Shown here piece by piece: positions 52,122 through 62,022 of a DNA stretch of 64,000 nt. Below the pieces are notes generated by a model. That model searched no databases and was not told the DNA's origin. It worked only from the letters and a program-made list of their open reading frames with translations. The DNA lies in the NCBI GenBank assembly GCA_947304135.1, contig CAMYZZ010000001.1, forward strand, positions 24,872 through 88,871, given 5' to 3'. This DNA comes from an uncultured Candidatus Saccharibacteria bacterium (GTDB taxonomy: Bacteria > Patescibacteriota > Saccharimonadia > Saccharimonadales > Saccharimonadaceae). The number at the start of each line of letters is the position of its first letter. Position 1 is the stretch's first letter. The position numbers and the translations under genes are program-made.

Positions 52122-52670
52122 ATGAATAAAATATTAAAGTTTGTGGGCGTTGGTATCACGGTGACACTAATAGACTTTTTGGCCTATAACTTTGCTTTGA
52201 AAGTCCTTCTTGGAGGAAATAATGACCTAATCTGGCTTGCCTCAATTATCTCTGGTGTCGCCGGGACAATCGCGGCATATCTTCTGCATAGCAATATTAC
52301 CTGGAAAGGTCGCGACCCAGGGAAGTATGGCGTTTATAAATTTTTTGCCTGGAATGTACTCCTGGTAGTTGCGATCCGTCCAGCATTGACGTTTGTTTTC
52401 GGCGTGATGGACGGACTCTATGAGTTTGCATTTATGATTACGAGTGGAATGGGGCTACCATTTGCTTTTGAGTTTGTTGAAAGTACCGTAATTTATCTAT
52501 TGATGACGGTTGTTATTATGGTGTTAAACTTTTTGTTTTACGATCGGGTAGTTTTCGGAAGTGTCAGCAAGAAAGATAATCACAAGGAAAAAGTAGATAT
52601 GAATCGCGTTCGGAAGTCCGGAGAAAAAGAGAAGCGAACAGAGAAACGCGACAAGCGTACCAATAAATAA
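52122..52670 (+). CDS. GtrA family membrane protein
   Basis: KFVGVGITVTLIDF, four TM helices, LNFLFYDRVVF. Confidence 0.8.
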   Translation: MNKILKFVGVGITVTLIDFLAYNFALKVLLGGNNDLIWLASIISGVAGTIAAYLLHSNITWKGRDPGKYGVYKFFAWNVLLVVAIRPALTFVFGVMDGLYEFAFMITSGMGLPFAFEFVESTVIYLLMTVVIMVLNFLFYDRVVFGSVSKKDNHKEKVDMNRVRKSGEKEKRTEKRDKRTNK

Positions 52671-54002
52671 GGCAGAAGGTTTTTTCTGACAGCTTTTGAT
52701 TGCGACAACTGCAACGATTATAATTGCGGCGATGCCGATGATGCCCGTCTCTAGGAGGAGACTAACGTATTCGTTTTGAACAATCTCTTTTGGTCCAATT
52801 TCCTCTGGAGCTAGCTCGTGCATGGCGAGCCCGGCAGCACCGAGACCAGTACCAAGGAGCATGTAGCGCGGGGAACTGAGCCAGGTTTTGAACGCGCGAG
52901 AATTGAGGCCGAGGCGGATATCGGTCGATTCGGGAACGTAGCCGTCGAAGCTAGAGCTATCATTTTGGGTGTCGGTTTTGGAGTCGTCAGAGTTTGTGTC
53001 GGAGCTATCGGTTTGACTAGGCTGAGCATCTTTGACTTCTTCGGAGCGAAGGTCGAGTTTGCCCAGGGTGAGCTGATGTAAAGATTTGGTGACACCAGCT
53101 GTAAAGTTGTCTGTAGTTGGGCCAACGGCAGCAAAAACGCCTTGGGCGCAGAGGGAAAGGAAAAAGCTAATCAATACGATAATAGTGGATTTAAGAAAAC
53201 TCGTCTGTTTTTTGTGAATTCTGATTGTAATTTGCTGGACGATGAGGCCGATGATTGTAGCATAAATTGCGCCACGAGAAAAAGTAATAAATAGCGTCGT
53301 TGCCAGAAAAATAGTGGTGACGACAAGAAGCTTTCTATGCGGGTATTTGGCGACCGACAGGATATAGAAACAGAGAAGAATTGGTGCGATTAGGAGATTC
53401 CCCATAAACTGCGGCTCTATAGCGAAACCATTTGGATGAGGGAAGCCAAAGGTGGTAGAGATACAACCACGGCAGAGAAGCGTATAGTCTCGCGGAACGC
53501 CGGCAAGATCAAGCAGGCATTGGAGCCAACAAAAGCTTGAGGCAACAACCGCGGAGATAATCATAGATTTGATCATGAGCGCAAGTAGAGAACTAGAAGA
53601 TTTGAGTTTTCTGGCTGGCTCAGTTTTTAATATATATATTATATATAGTGTGACATAAACGATTAGGCTAAAAAGTCCGGCGGTGAGCAGGGCACGAAGA
53701 TGGTTTTTGGACCAGATAGCTGTCAATAAAAAGTAGGCTGGGACCACGGCGGCAAGAAGCAGTTTTTTGGCGCCATAAAATTTGACTGCGCTAACAAGAT
53801 GGGGCAGAGAAGCAAGGAAAAGCAGTATTAGCCAGATTTCTGCAATAGAAAACTCTAAGTTCATTGTCTCGGTTTCGGCCAGGGAAATGACCGGGTGATA
53901 GGAAAGAAAAAGGGCTGGGGGAAGCAGGATTAGTAAATATCTGGTCAGTTTGGTTGAAAATTTTTTGAGGGAAAAGCTCGGTTTTTTATTTGAGTTTTTC
54001 AT
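52524..54002 (-). CDS. O-antigen ligase/polymerase-like (Wzy_C) membrane protein
   Basis: GFAIEPQFMG, TFSRGAI, STDIRL, GTGLG, NEYVSLLLETGIIG. Confidence 0.8.
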   Translation of the reverse strand: MKNSNKKPSFSLKKFSTKLTRYLLILLPPALFLSYHPVISLAETETMNLEFSIAEIWLILLFLASLPHLVSAVKFYGAKKLLLAAVVPAYFLLTAIWSKNHLRALLTAGLFSLIVYVTLYIIYILKTEPARKLKSSSSLLALMIKSMIISAVVASSFCWLQCLLDLAGVPRDYTLLCRGCISTTFGFPHPNGFAIEPQFMGNLLIAPILLCFYILSVAKYPHRKLLVVTTIFLATTLFITFSRGAIYATIIGLIVQQITIRIHKKQTSFLKSTIIVLISFFLSLCAQGVFAAVGPTTDNFTAGVTKSLHQLTLGKLDLRSEEVKDAQPSQTDSSDTNSDDSKTDTQNDSSSFDGYVPESTDIRLGLNSRAFKTWLSSPRYMLLGTGLGAAGLAMHELAPEEIGPKEIVQNEYVSLLLETGIIGIAAIIIVAVVAIKSCQKKPSALFIGTLVAFLCSLLFFSGLPNAIHIYFFLVIIFLADTSENYPIVKQKV

Positions 54003-55209
54003 TGATAAGTTCCTTCATTTTTTGTTTGAAAATTTTTTTATCAAATCGACTGACAGAATCTTGGATTGCTTTGCGGGTAGTAGCAGACTTGCTGCAGAGC
54101 TTTGACTTTTGGAATTTTTGCATAGCGTCAGTGAGAGAGCTGACAGTTTGACGGTCAAAGAAAAGCCCGTTTGTATTTTTTACAACATAATCTTTGGCGC
54201 CGCCCTCGGCGTAGGCTAGGACTGGGATGCCGGCAGCCATGGCTTCTATTGGGGCAAGGCCAAATGGCTCTAGGCTCGGAAAAAGGAAGGCGTCGGACGC
54301 GGCAAGATGCTTGGCGACTTGAGATTGGGACATGGTCGGGAGGAAATGGATATTGGAAGCGCCGTTTGCAAGACGAGCGAGATTGTCATGCTCGGGACCG
54401 CTACCTATCAATGTGAGGTTGTCACCGGTTTTTAGGCATGCTTTAACACAAAGATCTAATCTCTTCCAGTTGACTTGTCTGGAAGTTGTGATGTAATTTA
54501 GCTTGTCTTTTGTTTGACTTTTTGTATTTTTATTATGTTCTATAGTGGAAAAGTTTGCTTCCCTTGTGGAAAACTTTTTTAGGTCTGCAGGTGGATAAAC
54601 AATGACTGATTCCCTCTTGTAGTATCTTTTAATCTGCTCAGCAGCGTAAGTGGAGATAGTAATAAATTGGTCTGGATTTTTAGCTGAGTGAAAATCTTTC
54701 TTTCGCATTGGGCCAACGAAGAGCTTGAGACCGAGGCGGGCAAGCGGGTTTAGGATGCCGAAGCCTGGGTTTTTGAGGTAATCCTCATACATGCCCCAGT
54801 AGTACTGGGTTGGCACGTGACAATAACAGAGGTGAGTGCAACGGTGTTCGGTTTGTTCGGGCTGTTCGGTTTTATTCGGATTTGTTCGGGATTTCCCTTT
54901 CCATGTTTTGACAGCCTTGGCCTCGGCGCCAGTAACAGAGATTACTAAATCGTAGTCTGATAAGTCTAGGTGAGAAAAATAGTATTGGCGAAGTGGGCCC
55001 AAAAAGCGACGGAGACCATTTGGAAAATGTTGGAGAAAGCCCGTGCGAACATCCGCATCATCAAACCAATCGATTCCCTTTTTGTCGTATTTGGAGGTGT
55101 AGATTGGGGCGGATGGGTACATTTCGTGGAGCGACAGCAAGACGGACTCTGCACCGCCAACCATGGTAAGCCAATCGCAAACCAAAGCGATGCGTGGCTC
55201 CTGCGCCAT
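53986..55209 (-). CDS. Glycosyltransferase family 4
   Basis: DWLTMVGGAE, KRLDL, EPFGLAPIEAMAAG. Confidence 0.92.
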   Translation of the reverse strand: MAQEPRIALVCDWLTMVGGAESVLLSLHEMYPSAPIYTSKYDKKGIDWFDDADVRTGFLQHFPNGLRRFLGPLRQYYFSHLDLSDYDLVISVTGAEAKAVKTWKGKSRTNPNKTEQPEQTEHRCTHLCYCHVPTQYYWGMYEDYLKNPGFGILNPLARLGLKLFVGPMRKKDFHSAKNPDQFITISTYAAEQIKRYYKRESVIVYPPADLKKFSTREANFSTIEHNKNTKSQTKDKLNYITTSRQVNWKRLDLCVKACLKTGDNLTLIGSGPEHDNLARLANGASNIHFLPTMSQSQVAKHLAASDAFLFPSLEPFGLAPIEAMAAGIPVLAYAEGGAKDYVVKNTNGLFFDRQTVSSLTDAMQKFQKSKLCSKSATTRKAIQDSVSRFDKKIFKQKMKELINEKLK

Positions 55210-56633
55210 TATTTTGCGCCTTTCCCAGAGAAGACAGCACCAATAGTGCGGAAAAGAATACTGATATCAAGCCATAGAGACCAGTTTTGGATATAGTAGA
55301 GGTCGAGAGAGCGACGCTCCTCAAACGAAATGTCGCGACGACCAGAAACTTGGGCGAGACCGGTAAGGCCAGACTTGACTGAAAGAAGAAGAGAGCGATC
55401 ACCATAGTCGCGGAGCTCGCCCGGAACAAGTGCGCGTGGACCGACTAAAGCGATGTCCCCTTTTATGACGTTGATTAGCTGCGGAAGTTCGTCGAGCGAA
55501 GTCTCACGCAGGAAGTGACCAATTTTAGTAATGCGTGGATCGTCTGGAAGATAATCGCCATTTTTGCGATACTTCTCTATTAGCTCGGGCTTCCCCATCT
55601 TTTTGAAGGCGTCTTCTGGCGACATACCAGAGTAGGCTGGTTTCATGGAGCGGAATTTGAAAATCTTAACTTTTTTGTTGTAGCGCGAGAGGCGGTATTC
55701 GGAATAGATTGCGTTGTGTTTGATGTCGGAAAGTTTGACAATGAGCCAAATAATTGCCATTGGAATGGCTGCGATAATTAGCGCAAGGGTGCCCAGGACA
55801 ATATCCATAGCGCGCTTGACGATTCTTGCTCCTCCGATAAGTGGAGTAACTTTGACGAGAATAGCTGGAGTGCCACCGATTAGTTCTAGATTACCAATGT
55901 GAGAAGATAGGGCGGCTTCTGACGGGACAAAATAGTATGATAAGTGGTTTTTGATGGCCTGACCATAGACATATTCGTTGTTTTTTTCGTCTGTCTGAAA
56001 GATCACATCTGGGTTGGTCCATTTGAGAGCCTCCTTCAAAGAGGTGAATCTCTTACCATGGAAGCCTATCGGAACAAATGTTTTGTTTGCAACGACAGCA
56101 GCAAGATTGTAACCCTCTTCCGGAAAATCGGAGATATGATCGATGAGGCGGGAGGTGTTGATGTTGTTGCCGATGATAACTGCGCGAAGGACGCCGCGAT
56201 TTTTGTGAACAAAACGACGGCGGATGCCATGGGCCGCTCCGCGAAAGAGGCAAAGCATGACAAAACTAATGAGGAGTGCATAGAGAGCGACAGCGCGAGT
56301 TGGGATGATGGTGCGTTCTGTAAAGAATCCATAGGTGATAATACTCATGATGCCTAGAATTGAGGCTATAAACAGCCTGGATAGCTCTGGAAAATGGGAA
56401 CGCGAAAAGATGACTGACTTACTATAGAGCCCGAGGATGGCGTGCAAAATGAGCCAGACCGGAACAATTAGGGCGATGGTAGACAGAACCGTCTCTAGCT
56501 CCGCTTCAAAATAATATGGGCGGCTATCGATATGAATGCGAATGAGATACGCAATCAGAAAGGCGGCTATTACGGCGATCGCATCGGTAAAAATCAGGAT
56601 GACACGGAAGATAAGTCCTGGGTCTTTTTTCAT
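55209..56633 (-). CDS. Undecaprenyl-phosphate sugar-1-phosphate transferase (WcaJ/CpsE-like)
   Basis: KRAMDIV, IFKFRSM, DPRIT..G.FLR.TSLDELPQ, GPRA, GLTGLAQV, DLYYI. Confidence 0.93.
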   Translation of the reverse strand: MKKDPGLIFRVILIFTDAIAVIAAFLIAYLIRIHIDSRPYYFEAELETVLSTIALIVPVWLILHAILGLYSKSVIFSRSHFPELSRLFIASILGIMSIITYGFFTERTIIPTRAVALYALLISFVMLCLFRGAAHGIRRRFVHKNRGVLRAVIIGNNINTSRLIDHISDFPEEGYNLAAVVANKTFVPIGFHGKRFTSLKEALKWTNPDVIFQTDEKNNEYVYGQAIKNHLSYYFVPSEAALSSHIGNLELIGGTPAILVKVTPLIGGARIVKRAMDIVLGTLALIIAAIPMAIIWLIVKLSDIKHNAIYSEYRLSRYNKKVKIFKFRSMKPAYSGMSPEDAFKKMGKPELIEKYRKNGDYLPDDPRITKIGHFLRETSLDELPQLINVIKGDIALVGPRALVPGELRDYGDRSLLLSVKSGLTGLAQVSGRRDISFEERRSLDLYYIQNWSLWLDISILFRTIGAVFSGKGAK

Positions 56634-56684
56634 GCATTAATTATAACATTTTTGATATAATTAGTTAAGATACAAGGAGGAAAC

Positions 56685-57683
56685 ATGAAAATTTTAGTGA
56701 CGGGTGGAACAGGATATATTGGTTCACATACGGCGGTAGAGTTGATTCAGGCTGGGCATGAAGTAGAAATATTGGATAATCTTTTTAACAGCAAAATTGA
56801 GGTTCTTGATATTATCAAAGATTTGACTGGCGTGAAGCCAAAGTTCTATGAGGTAGATTTGCTAGATGCGGCAGCGACCGACAAGGTTTTTGCCGATAAC
56901 AAGTTTGATGCGGTAATACATTTTGCAGGACTAAAAGCCGTGGGCGAAAGCGTGGAGCAGCCGCTACGCTACTACGAAAACAATATCTCTGGCACGGTCA
57001 ATTTATTAAAGAGCATGCAGGCGCATGATGTAAAAAAGATCATTTTCTCCTCTTCGGCAACAGTTTATGGCGACCCAGGAGTTGATGCGTTTACAGAAGA
57101 TTTGCCAACCGGCCAAGGTATTTCCAACCCATATGGCCGCACAAAATACATGATTGAAGAGATACTAAAAGATGTTTCTGTGGCTGATCCTGATTTTGAA
57201 GTGACGATTCTCCGCTATTTTAACCCGGTCGGTGCACATAAATCTGGCAAGCTTGGCGAAAACCCAAATGGCAGACCAAATAATTTGATGCCTATCGTGA
57301 TGAAGGTTGCAAAGGGTGAATACGAAAAACTATCCGTCTATGGCGACGATTATCCAACAGCAGACGGGACATGTGTACGTGATTATATCCACGTGGTGGA
57401 TTTGGCACTTGGACACATTGCAGCGCTTAATAAGATGGCGCCTGGAGTGCAAATTTATAACCTTGGCTCCGGCAAAGGTACTTCGGTACTAGAAATGATT
57501 GCGGCGTTTGAAAAAGCTAGCGGCGAGAAACTACCTTATGAAATTGCTCCGCGTCGCGCAGGAGATTTGCCAACACTCTATGCAAATCCAGAAAAAGCCT
57601 TGCGCGAACTTAGCTGGAAAACTGCGCTCACGATTGATGATGCGATGGAAGATACAATGCGCTACCTGCGGAATGCCGAGTAG
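56685..57683 (+). CDS. galE: UDP-glucose 4-epimerase
   Basis: TGGTGYIGSH, HFAGLKAVGES, SSSATVYG, YGRTK, LRYFNPVGAH, RDYIHV. Confidence 0.96.
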   Translation: MKILVTGGTGYIGSHTAVELIQAGHEVEILDNLFNSKIEVLDIIKDLTGVKPKFYEVDLLDAAATDKVFADNKFDAVIHFAGLKAVGESVEQPLRYYENNISGTVNLLKSMQAHDVKKIIFSSSATVYGDPGVDAFTEDLPTGQGISNPYGRTKYMIEEILKDVSVADPDFEVTILRYFNPVGAHKSGKLGENPNGRPNNLMPIVMKVAKGEYEKLSVYGDDYPTADGTCVRDYIHVVDLALGHIAALNKMAPGVQIYNLGSGKGTSVLEMIAAFEKASGEKLPYEIAPRRAGDLPTLYANPEKALRELSWKTALTIDDAMEDTMRYLRNAE

Positions 57684-58645
57684 GCTTGCCAAGATAATCT
57701 GAAGATTGATTTGCCAAGCAAAAGCGTATAGATTGCAAGTTTGTCACGAAGTGTGGCGTATGGGTTTTTGGTGATATACTGCTTGTTGGATTTGAGATAG
57801 TTGATGATTTCCTGCTCTTTTTGTTTCTGAGCACTGGTGAGGCTCTTGGCAAGAGCCATCTGGCGGAGCACAGAAAAGCGGGCGTGCATACGGCGAAGGT
57901 TGACAGTGCTGATGAGATATGGGAAGTTCGTCTCGGCACTACTGCACATTTCGTCAGTTAGTTTGATGATATCAAGTTTTTTGTCGGAGAACTCAGCGGT
58001 AGAAATAGAGTTTTTGCGCTTTCTGTAAATGTATTTTGGGTCTGGACCGTAAGCAACTTTTGGGCATTTTTCGATGAGCTTATAGGTAGTGCCAAGGTCT
58101 TCGTGGACACTACCTTCTGGAAATGTGATTCCCTGCCAAAGGTCGCGGCGATACATTTTGGCATAGGCAGAAACATTGAATCCTTCCTCGCGAAGCATGC
58201 GCCCAAAAGCCTCTTCGGTACTCATGGCCTTTTCTTGGTAGTCGGCGCCATAATTGATTTGGTGATTTTTGATGGTAAGCTCAGAGATAGCGCAGATAGA
58301 CATAAGTGTGCCATGGCGGGTGATAAGCGAAAAAAGATAGGAGATGCAATCTGGAGCAATGTAGTCATCGGAGTCGACAAAGGTGATATATGTACCAGTG
58401 GCAACCTTTAGGCCGGCGTTCCTAGCAGCCGAGAGGCCGGCGTTGGCCTGGTGAATAACCTTGACACGCGGATCTTTTTTGGCAAATTCATCACAAACAA
58501 CGCCGCTGCCATCGGTAGAGCCGTCGTCAATTAGGATGATTTCTAGCTTGGGGTAGTTTTGCTTCTTTAAGGAATCGAGACAAGCGTCCAAATATTCACG
58601 AACATTATAAACAGGGACAATAATAGAGATTAGTGGCGTTTCCAT
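57662..58645 (-). CDS. Glycosyltransferase family 2
   Basis: ISIIVPVYN, IDDGSTD, GLSAARN, FVDSDD, EDL. Confidence 0.92.
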   Translation of the reverse strand: METPLISIIVPVYNVREYLDACLDSLKKQNYPKLEIILIDDGSTDGSGVVCDEFAKKDPRVKVIHQANAGLSAARNAGLKVATGTYITFVDSDDYIAPDCISYLFSLITRHGTLMSICAISELTIKNHQINYGADYQEKAMSTEEAFGRMLREEGFNVSAYAKMYRRDLWQGITFPEGSVHEDLGTTYKLIEKCPKVAYGPDPKYIYRKRKNSISTAEFSDKKLDIIKLTDEMCSSAETNFPYLISTVNLRRMHARFSVLRQMALAKSLTSAQKQKEQEIINYLKSNKQYITKNPYATLRDKLAIYTLLLGKSIFRLSWQAYSAFRR

Positions 58646-60255
58646 AGCTTTTTAACCTTTTCTGTGATTTTTAGTTGATGAATCTTTGGAATAATGAGCA
58701 CCCATCCCATGGCAGAAAATGGAATTATTAGAAGGAATGGTGGAAACATATATTGGGTTTTGGTTTCCCAGAATAAGTAGACTGCAAACAGACCGAGAGC
58801 TGCGATAAATGCGCCCATCTGGGTGATATCTAGTTTTTTGCGAAGGCCAATTAGTGCAGCTAGGAGGCCAACTGGGATGATGGTTTGGAGGGCGTCCAAA
58901 ATTAAGACGATGACCGCATGAGCTTTGTCATAATAAAACGACCTACCCAGCACGGTATATTGACGGTTACACAGGCTGCGCGGGTTAGAATCTCCTGGGT
59001 CTATCCAGTTGCTTGCTAGGAAAGCCTCGTAAGTTGGCTCAGTCCACTCTATGGCTAGCTTGTTTGCGAAAAATCCAAAAAACAGCTTTGGGTCTGAGGC
59101 AAAATGCTCGATGCGTTTTTTGAGATATTTAGAGTTGGCCTCGTTGAAACTTTCTGGTGAATACGTTTCTCCTGGGGTGGCCCATGGGTAACCATCGTAG
59201 TAGCCAGCATCGGCTGTGTTGTTACTCGTGTCTTCACCAGTAATATCGGAAAAATATTCGCTACTGCCGCCAACTCCCATAGTAATCCAGGTTGCAATCG
59301 GGACACCATTATGAAGGTTTGCGCCGGTCTTTGCTTCGACTAGAGCATTGATAGGCAACACGGCGTAATTTGCAAGAATAACACTAATCACAGCTACTGC
59401 TAGATACTGAAATTTATGATTCTGCAAACCCCAGACTATATAGACGATTGCGGCGGCAAGGACGACAATAAGAATTTGTTTTTTCAGGATAACCGCAACG
59501 GCTCCTAATAATATTGAGGAGACAATAAGTGCGGCTCGCTTTTTCCCTTCCTTGGAGTCGAGTGCCTTTTTTTGTAAAATTAGACAGCCCAGTATAAACG
59601 GAAGGCAGATGAGATTGCCATAGATGAATGTGGCGTACAAAATTAGTGGCGCAAAGAGCATTACCAAGATTCCAGAGAGCGTAGTAGCAGTTTTGTTTTT
59701 GAAGATAAGGTGCGTATATTTTACGATGAGATACATAGTTAGGCCGCAAGCGACACAGTTTATTATTTCTAGAAAAATAACATAGTTGCTGCCAGCAAAT
59801 TTCATGGCAAATAGCATGATCAAAGCAATAGGAGTCTGGTATGGATATCGTTCCATGTATGAACCTTGCGCCCAGCCATAAGTATTGGCAAAATCTTGGG
59901 AGCTGCCAAGTTCTGTTGCAGCGCGAGAAATATCGTATGGATCCCACATCGGAAAGGCGTCGGCGATAAATACCCAGACAAGTGATAGAATTAGCCCCCA
60001 AAGCAAAGCGGCGCGCGCAAATGTTTCTGGATTGATATTTTTGGTCTTATTAAAAACTGGCTTGCATGAAATAATGCCGACAAAAATCGTAATAACAATT
60101 ATAATGTATGGAGCAAAAGTTATCTCAATTCCTTTGGAAAAGCAGGCTGGCATCACGGCCGTGAACAAAAAAGTGACAAGCGAAACAATTGCCGCAAAAA
60201 TAATCCCAAAATAAATAGAAGAGTTTTTAATAAAAGCCGCGAGCTTTTTACTCAT
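58630..60255 (-). CDS. GT-C fold membrane glycosyltransferase (family 39-like)
   Basis: About 12 TM segments; WD, YMERYPYQ, WITMG, WETKTQY motifs. Confidence 0.7.
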   Translation of the reverse strand: MSKKLAAFIKNSSIYFGIIFAAIVSLVTFLFTAVMPACFSKGIEITFAPYIIIVITIFVGIISCKPVFNKTKNINPETFARAALLWGLILSLVWVFIADAFPMWDPYDISRAATELGSSQDFANTYGWAQGSYMERYPYQTPIALIMLFAMKFAGSNYVIFLEIINCVACGLTMYLIVKYTHLIFKNKTATTLSGILVMLFAPLILYATFIYGNLICLPFILGCLILQKKALDSKEGKKRAALIVSSILLGAVAVILKKQILIVVLAAAIVYIVWGLQNHKFQYLAVAVISVILANYAVLPINALVEAKTGANLHNGVPIATWITMGVGGSSEYFSDITGEDTSNNTADAGYYDGYPWATPGETYSPESFNEANSKYLKKRIEHFASDPKLFFGFFANKLAIEWTEPTYEAFLASNWIDPGDSNPRSLCNRQYTVLGRSFYYDKAHAVIVLILDALQTIIPVGLLAALIGLRKKLDITQMGAFIAALGLFAVYLFWETKTQYMFPPFLLIIPFSAMGWVLIIPKIHQLKITEKVKKLWKRH

Positions 60256-60301
60256 ATTGCTATTATATCATTTCCGTAAAAGATATGATAAAATAAGACC
60301 A

Positions 60302-61105
60302 ATGCACAACAGTTTTAGTAGAAGAAATCGTGTGCTCCTAGCCGAGCTAATTAAGACAGATTTTAAACTTAGGTATCAGGGTTCGATGCTTGGGTATATG
60401 TGGGCGATCCTGCGCCCGCTTTTGATGTTTGCAATTTTGTATGTGGTTTTTGCAAAAGTGTTGCGTTTTGGTGACGGAATTCCGCATTATCCAGTATATC
60501 TCCTCACCGGGACTGTGCTCTGGAACTTTTTTACGGAATGTACGTTCCAAGGGATTCACGCAATCGAGCAACGCGGAGATTTGATTCGCAAAATTAGTTT
60601 TCCAAAGTATGTAGTGGTGGTTTCTGCAACTTCTACCGCGTTAATTAACCTTTTGATTAATCTCGTTGTAGTGGTCGTGTTTGCGCTCATTAATGGAGTA
60701 GTACCAACTTGGAGCTGGCTGCTTGTGCCACTTTCTGTCGTGGAGCTTTATGTATTGGCGCTAGGCATTTCCCTGCTACTTGGCGCAATCAATGTGAAAT
60801 TCCGTGATATTGGTTCTATTTGGGAAGTTTTGATGCAGGCAATGTTTTATGCAGTGCCAATTATTTATCCAATTACCATGGTTACTGCAACAAGCGAAGT
60901 GATTGCAAAAATTATGCTACTGAATCCTATTGCGCAGGTAATCCAAGATGCTCGAAATAATCTAATCACAACTGAGGCTGTGACGACATGGGAGCTGGTT
61001 GGTCCGCTCGGTGGAATAGCCTCTGTCGGTATTGTTGTTGCAGTATTTGTGATTGCAGTTTTGTATTTTAGGAAGAAAGCTAAATACTTTGCGGAGGAAG
61101 TGTAA
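60302..61105 (+). CDS. Polysaccharide ABC exporter permease (Wzm)
   Basis: LRYQGSMLGYMW, FPKY, KFRDI, FYAVPIIYP, NPIA. Confidence 0.92.
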   Translation: MHNSFSRRNRVLLAELIKTDFKLRYQGSMLGYMWAILRPLLMFAILYVVFAKVLRFGDGIPHYPVYLLTGTVLWNFFTECTFQGIHAIEQRGDLIRKISFPKYVVVVSATSTALINLLINLVVVVVFALINGVVPTWSWLLVPLSVVELYVLALGISLLLGAINVKFRDIGSIWEVLMQAMFYAVPIIYPITMVTATSEVIAKIMLLNPIAQVIQDARNNLITTEAVTTWELVGPLGGIASVGIVVAVFVIAVLYFRKKAKYFAEEV

Positions 61106-61899
61106 TGAAGTGGACTGAAAAATATCTAAAGCGAATGCGTGAAAAAGCCCATGAGGAAGCTGAAGCTTCTGAGATTGCTATTTCCGTGAATGATCTTTAT
61201 AAGTCTTTTAAACTGCCTACTGAAAGAGCTTGGGGGCTGAAGCAGGCCATATTTAATAGGCTGAAAGGTATCAAAGGGTTTAGAAAACAAGAGGTTTTGC
61301 GCGGGCTGAGTTTTGACGTAAAACGCGGAGAGTTTCTTGGAATTGTCGGGCGAAACGGGTCTGGCAAGTCCACGCTACTAAAGGTTCTTTCGGAAATTTA
61401 TGTACCGGACAAAGGCTCCGTCAAAATAAATGGGACGCTTGTGCCTTTTATCGAACTTGGCGTTGGGTTTAATCCGGAGCTAACTGGCCGCGAAAATGTT
61501 TATCTTAACGGCGCTCTTTTAGGCTTCTCAAACAAAGAGATGGACGAAATGTTTGAAGACATCGTGAAGTTTGCTGAGCTAGAAGATTTTATGGACCAAA
61601 AGCTCAAAAACTATTCTTCTGGCATGCAGGTACGCTTGGCGTTCTCTATCGCGATTCGGGCACGTGGAGACATTCTTATTCTAGACGAGGTCCTAGCAGT
61701 TGGCGATGCAGCGTTCCAGGAAAAGTGTAACGAATACTTTAAGAGTCTACACGGAAATCAGACAGTTATCTTGGTTACGCATGATATGGGGAATGTTGAG
61801 AGGTTTTGTGATAGGGCGATACTTATTGAGGAAGGTAAGATTAAGTGTCAGGGGAAGCCATCTAAGGTTACAAAAGAATATCTCAAGCTTTGGGACTAG
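61105..61899 (+). CDS. Polysaccharide ABC exporter ATPase (Wzt)
   Basis: GRNGSGKST, GVGFNPELTGREN, YSSGMQVRLAF, LDEVLAVGD, H-loop. Confidence 0.93.
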   Translation: MKWTEKYLKRMREKAHEEAEASEIAISVNDLYKSFKLPTERAWGLKQAIFNRLKGIKGFRKQEVLRGLSFDVKRGEFLGIVGRNGSGKSTLLKVLSEIYVPDKGSVKINGTLVPFIELGVGFNPELTGRENVYLNGALLGFSNKEMDEMFEDIVKFAELEDFMDQKLKNYSSGMQVRLAFSIAIRARGDILILDEVLAVGDAAFQEKCNEYFKSLHGNQTVILVTHDMGNVERFCDRAILIEEGKIKCQGKPSKVTKEYLKLWD

Positions 61900-61907
61900 G
61901 GGCGGGT

Positions 61908-62018
61908 CCTGGCTAAACAAAAAATCGCTGCACTGGTGAAGCCGTAAAAATTACATTTCATTGTAATTTTTACTTGGCTTCAGCCTGGAAAATGCTGCGA
62001 TTTTTTGTTTGCGCCACC
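61908..62018. repeat. ~110-bp imperfect palindrome between convergent wzt and glf
   Basis: 14-, 7- and 12-bp perfect IR segments; shares exact 20- and 12-nt blocks with 11837-11883. Confidence 0.8.
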
Positions 62019-62022
62019 CGCC

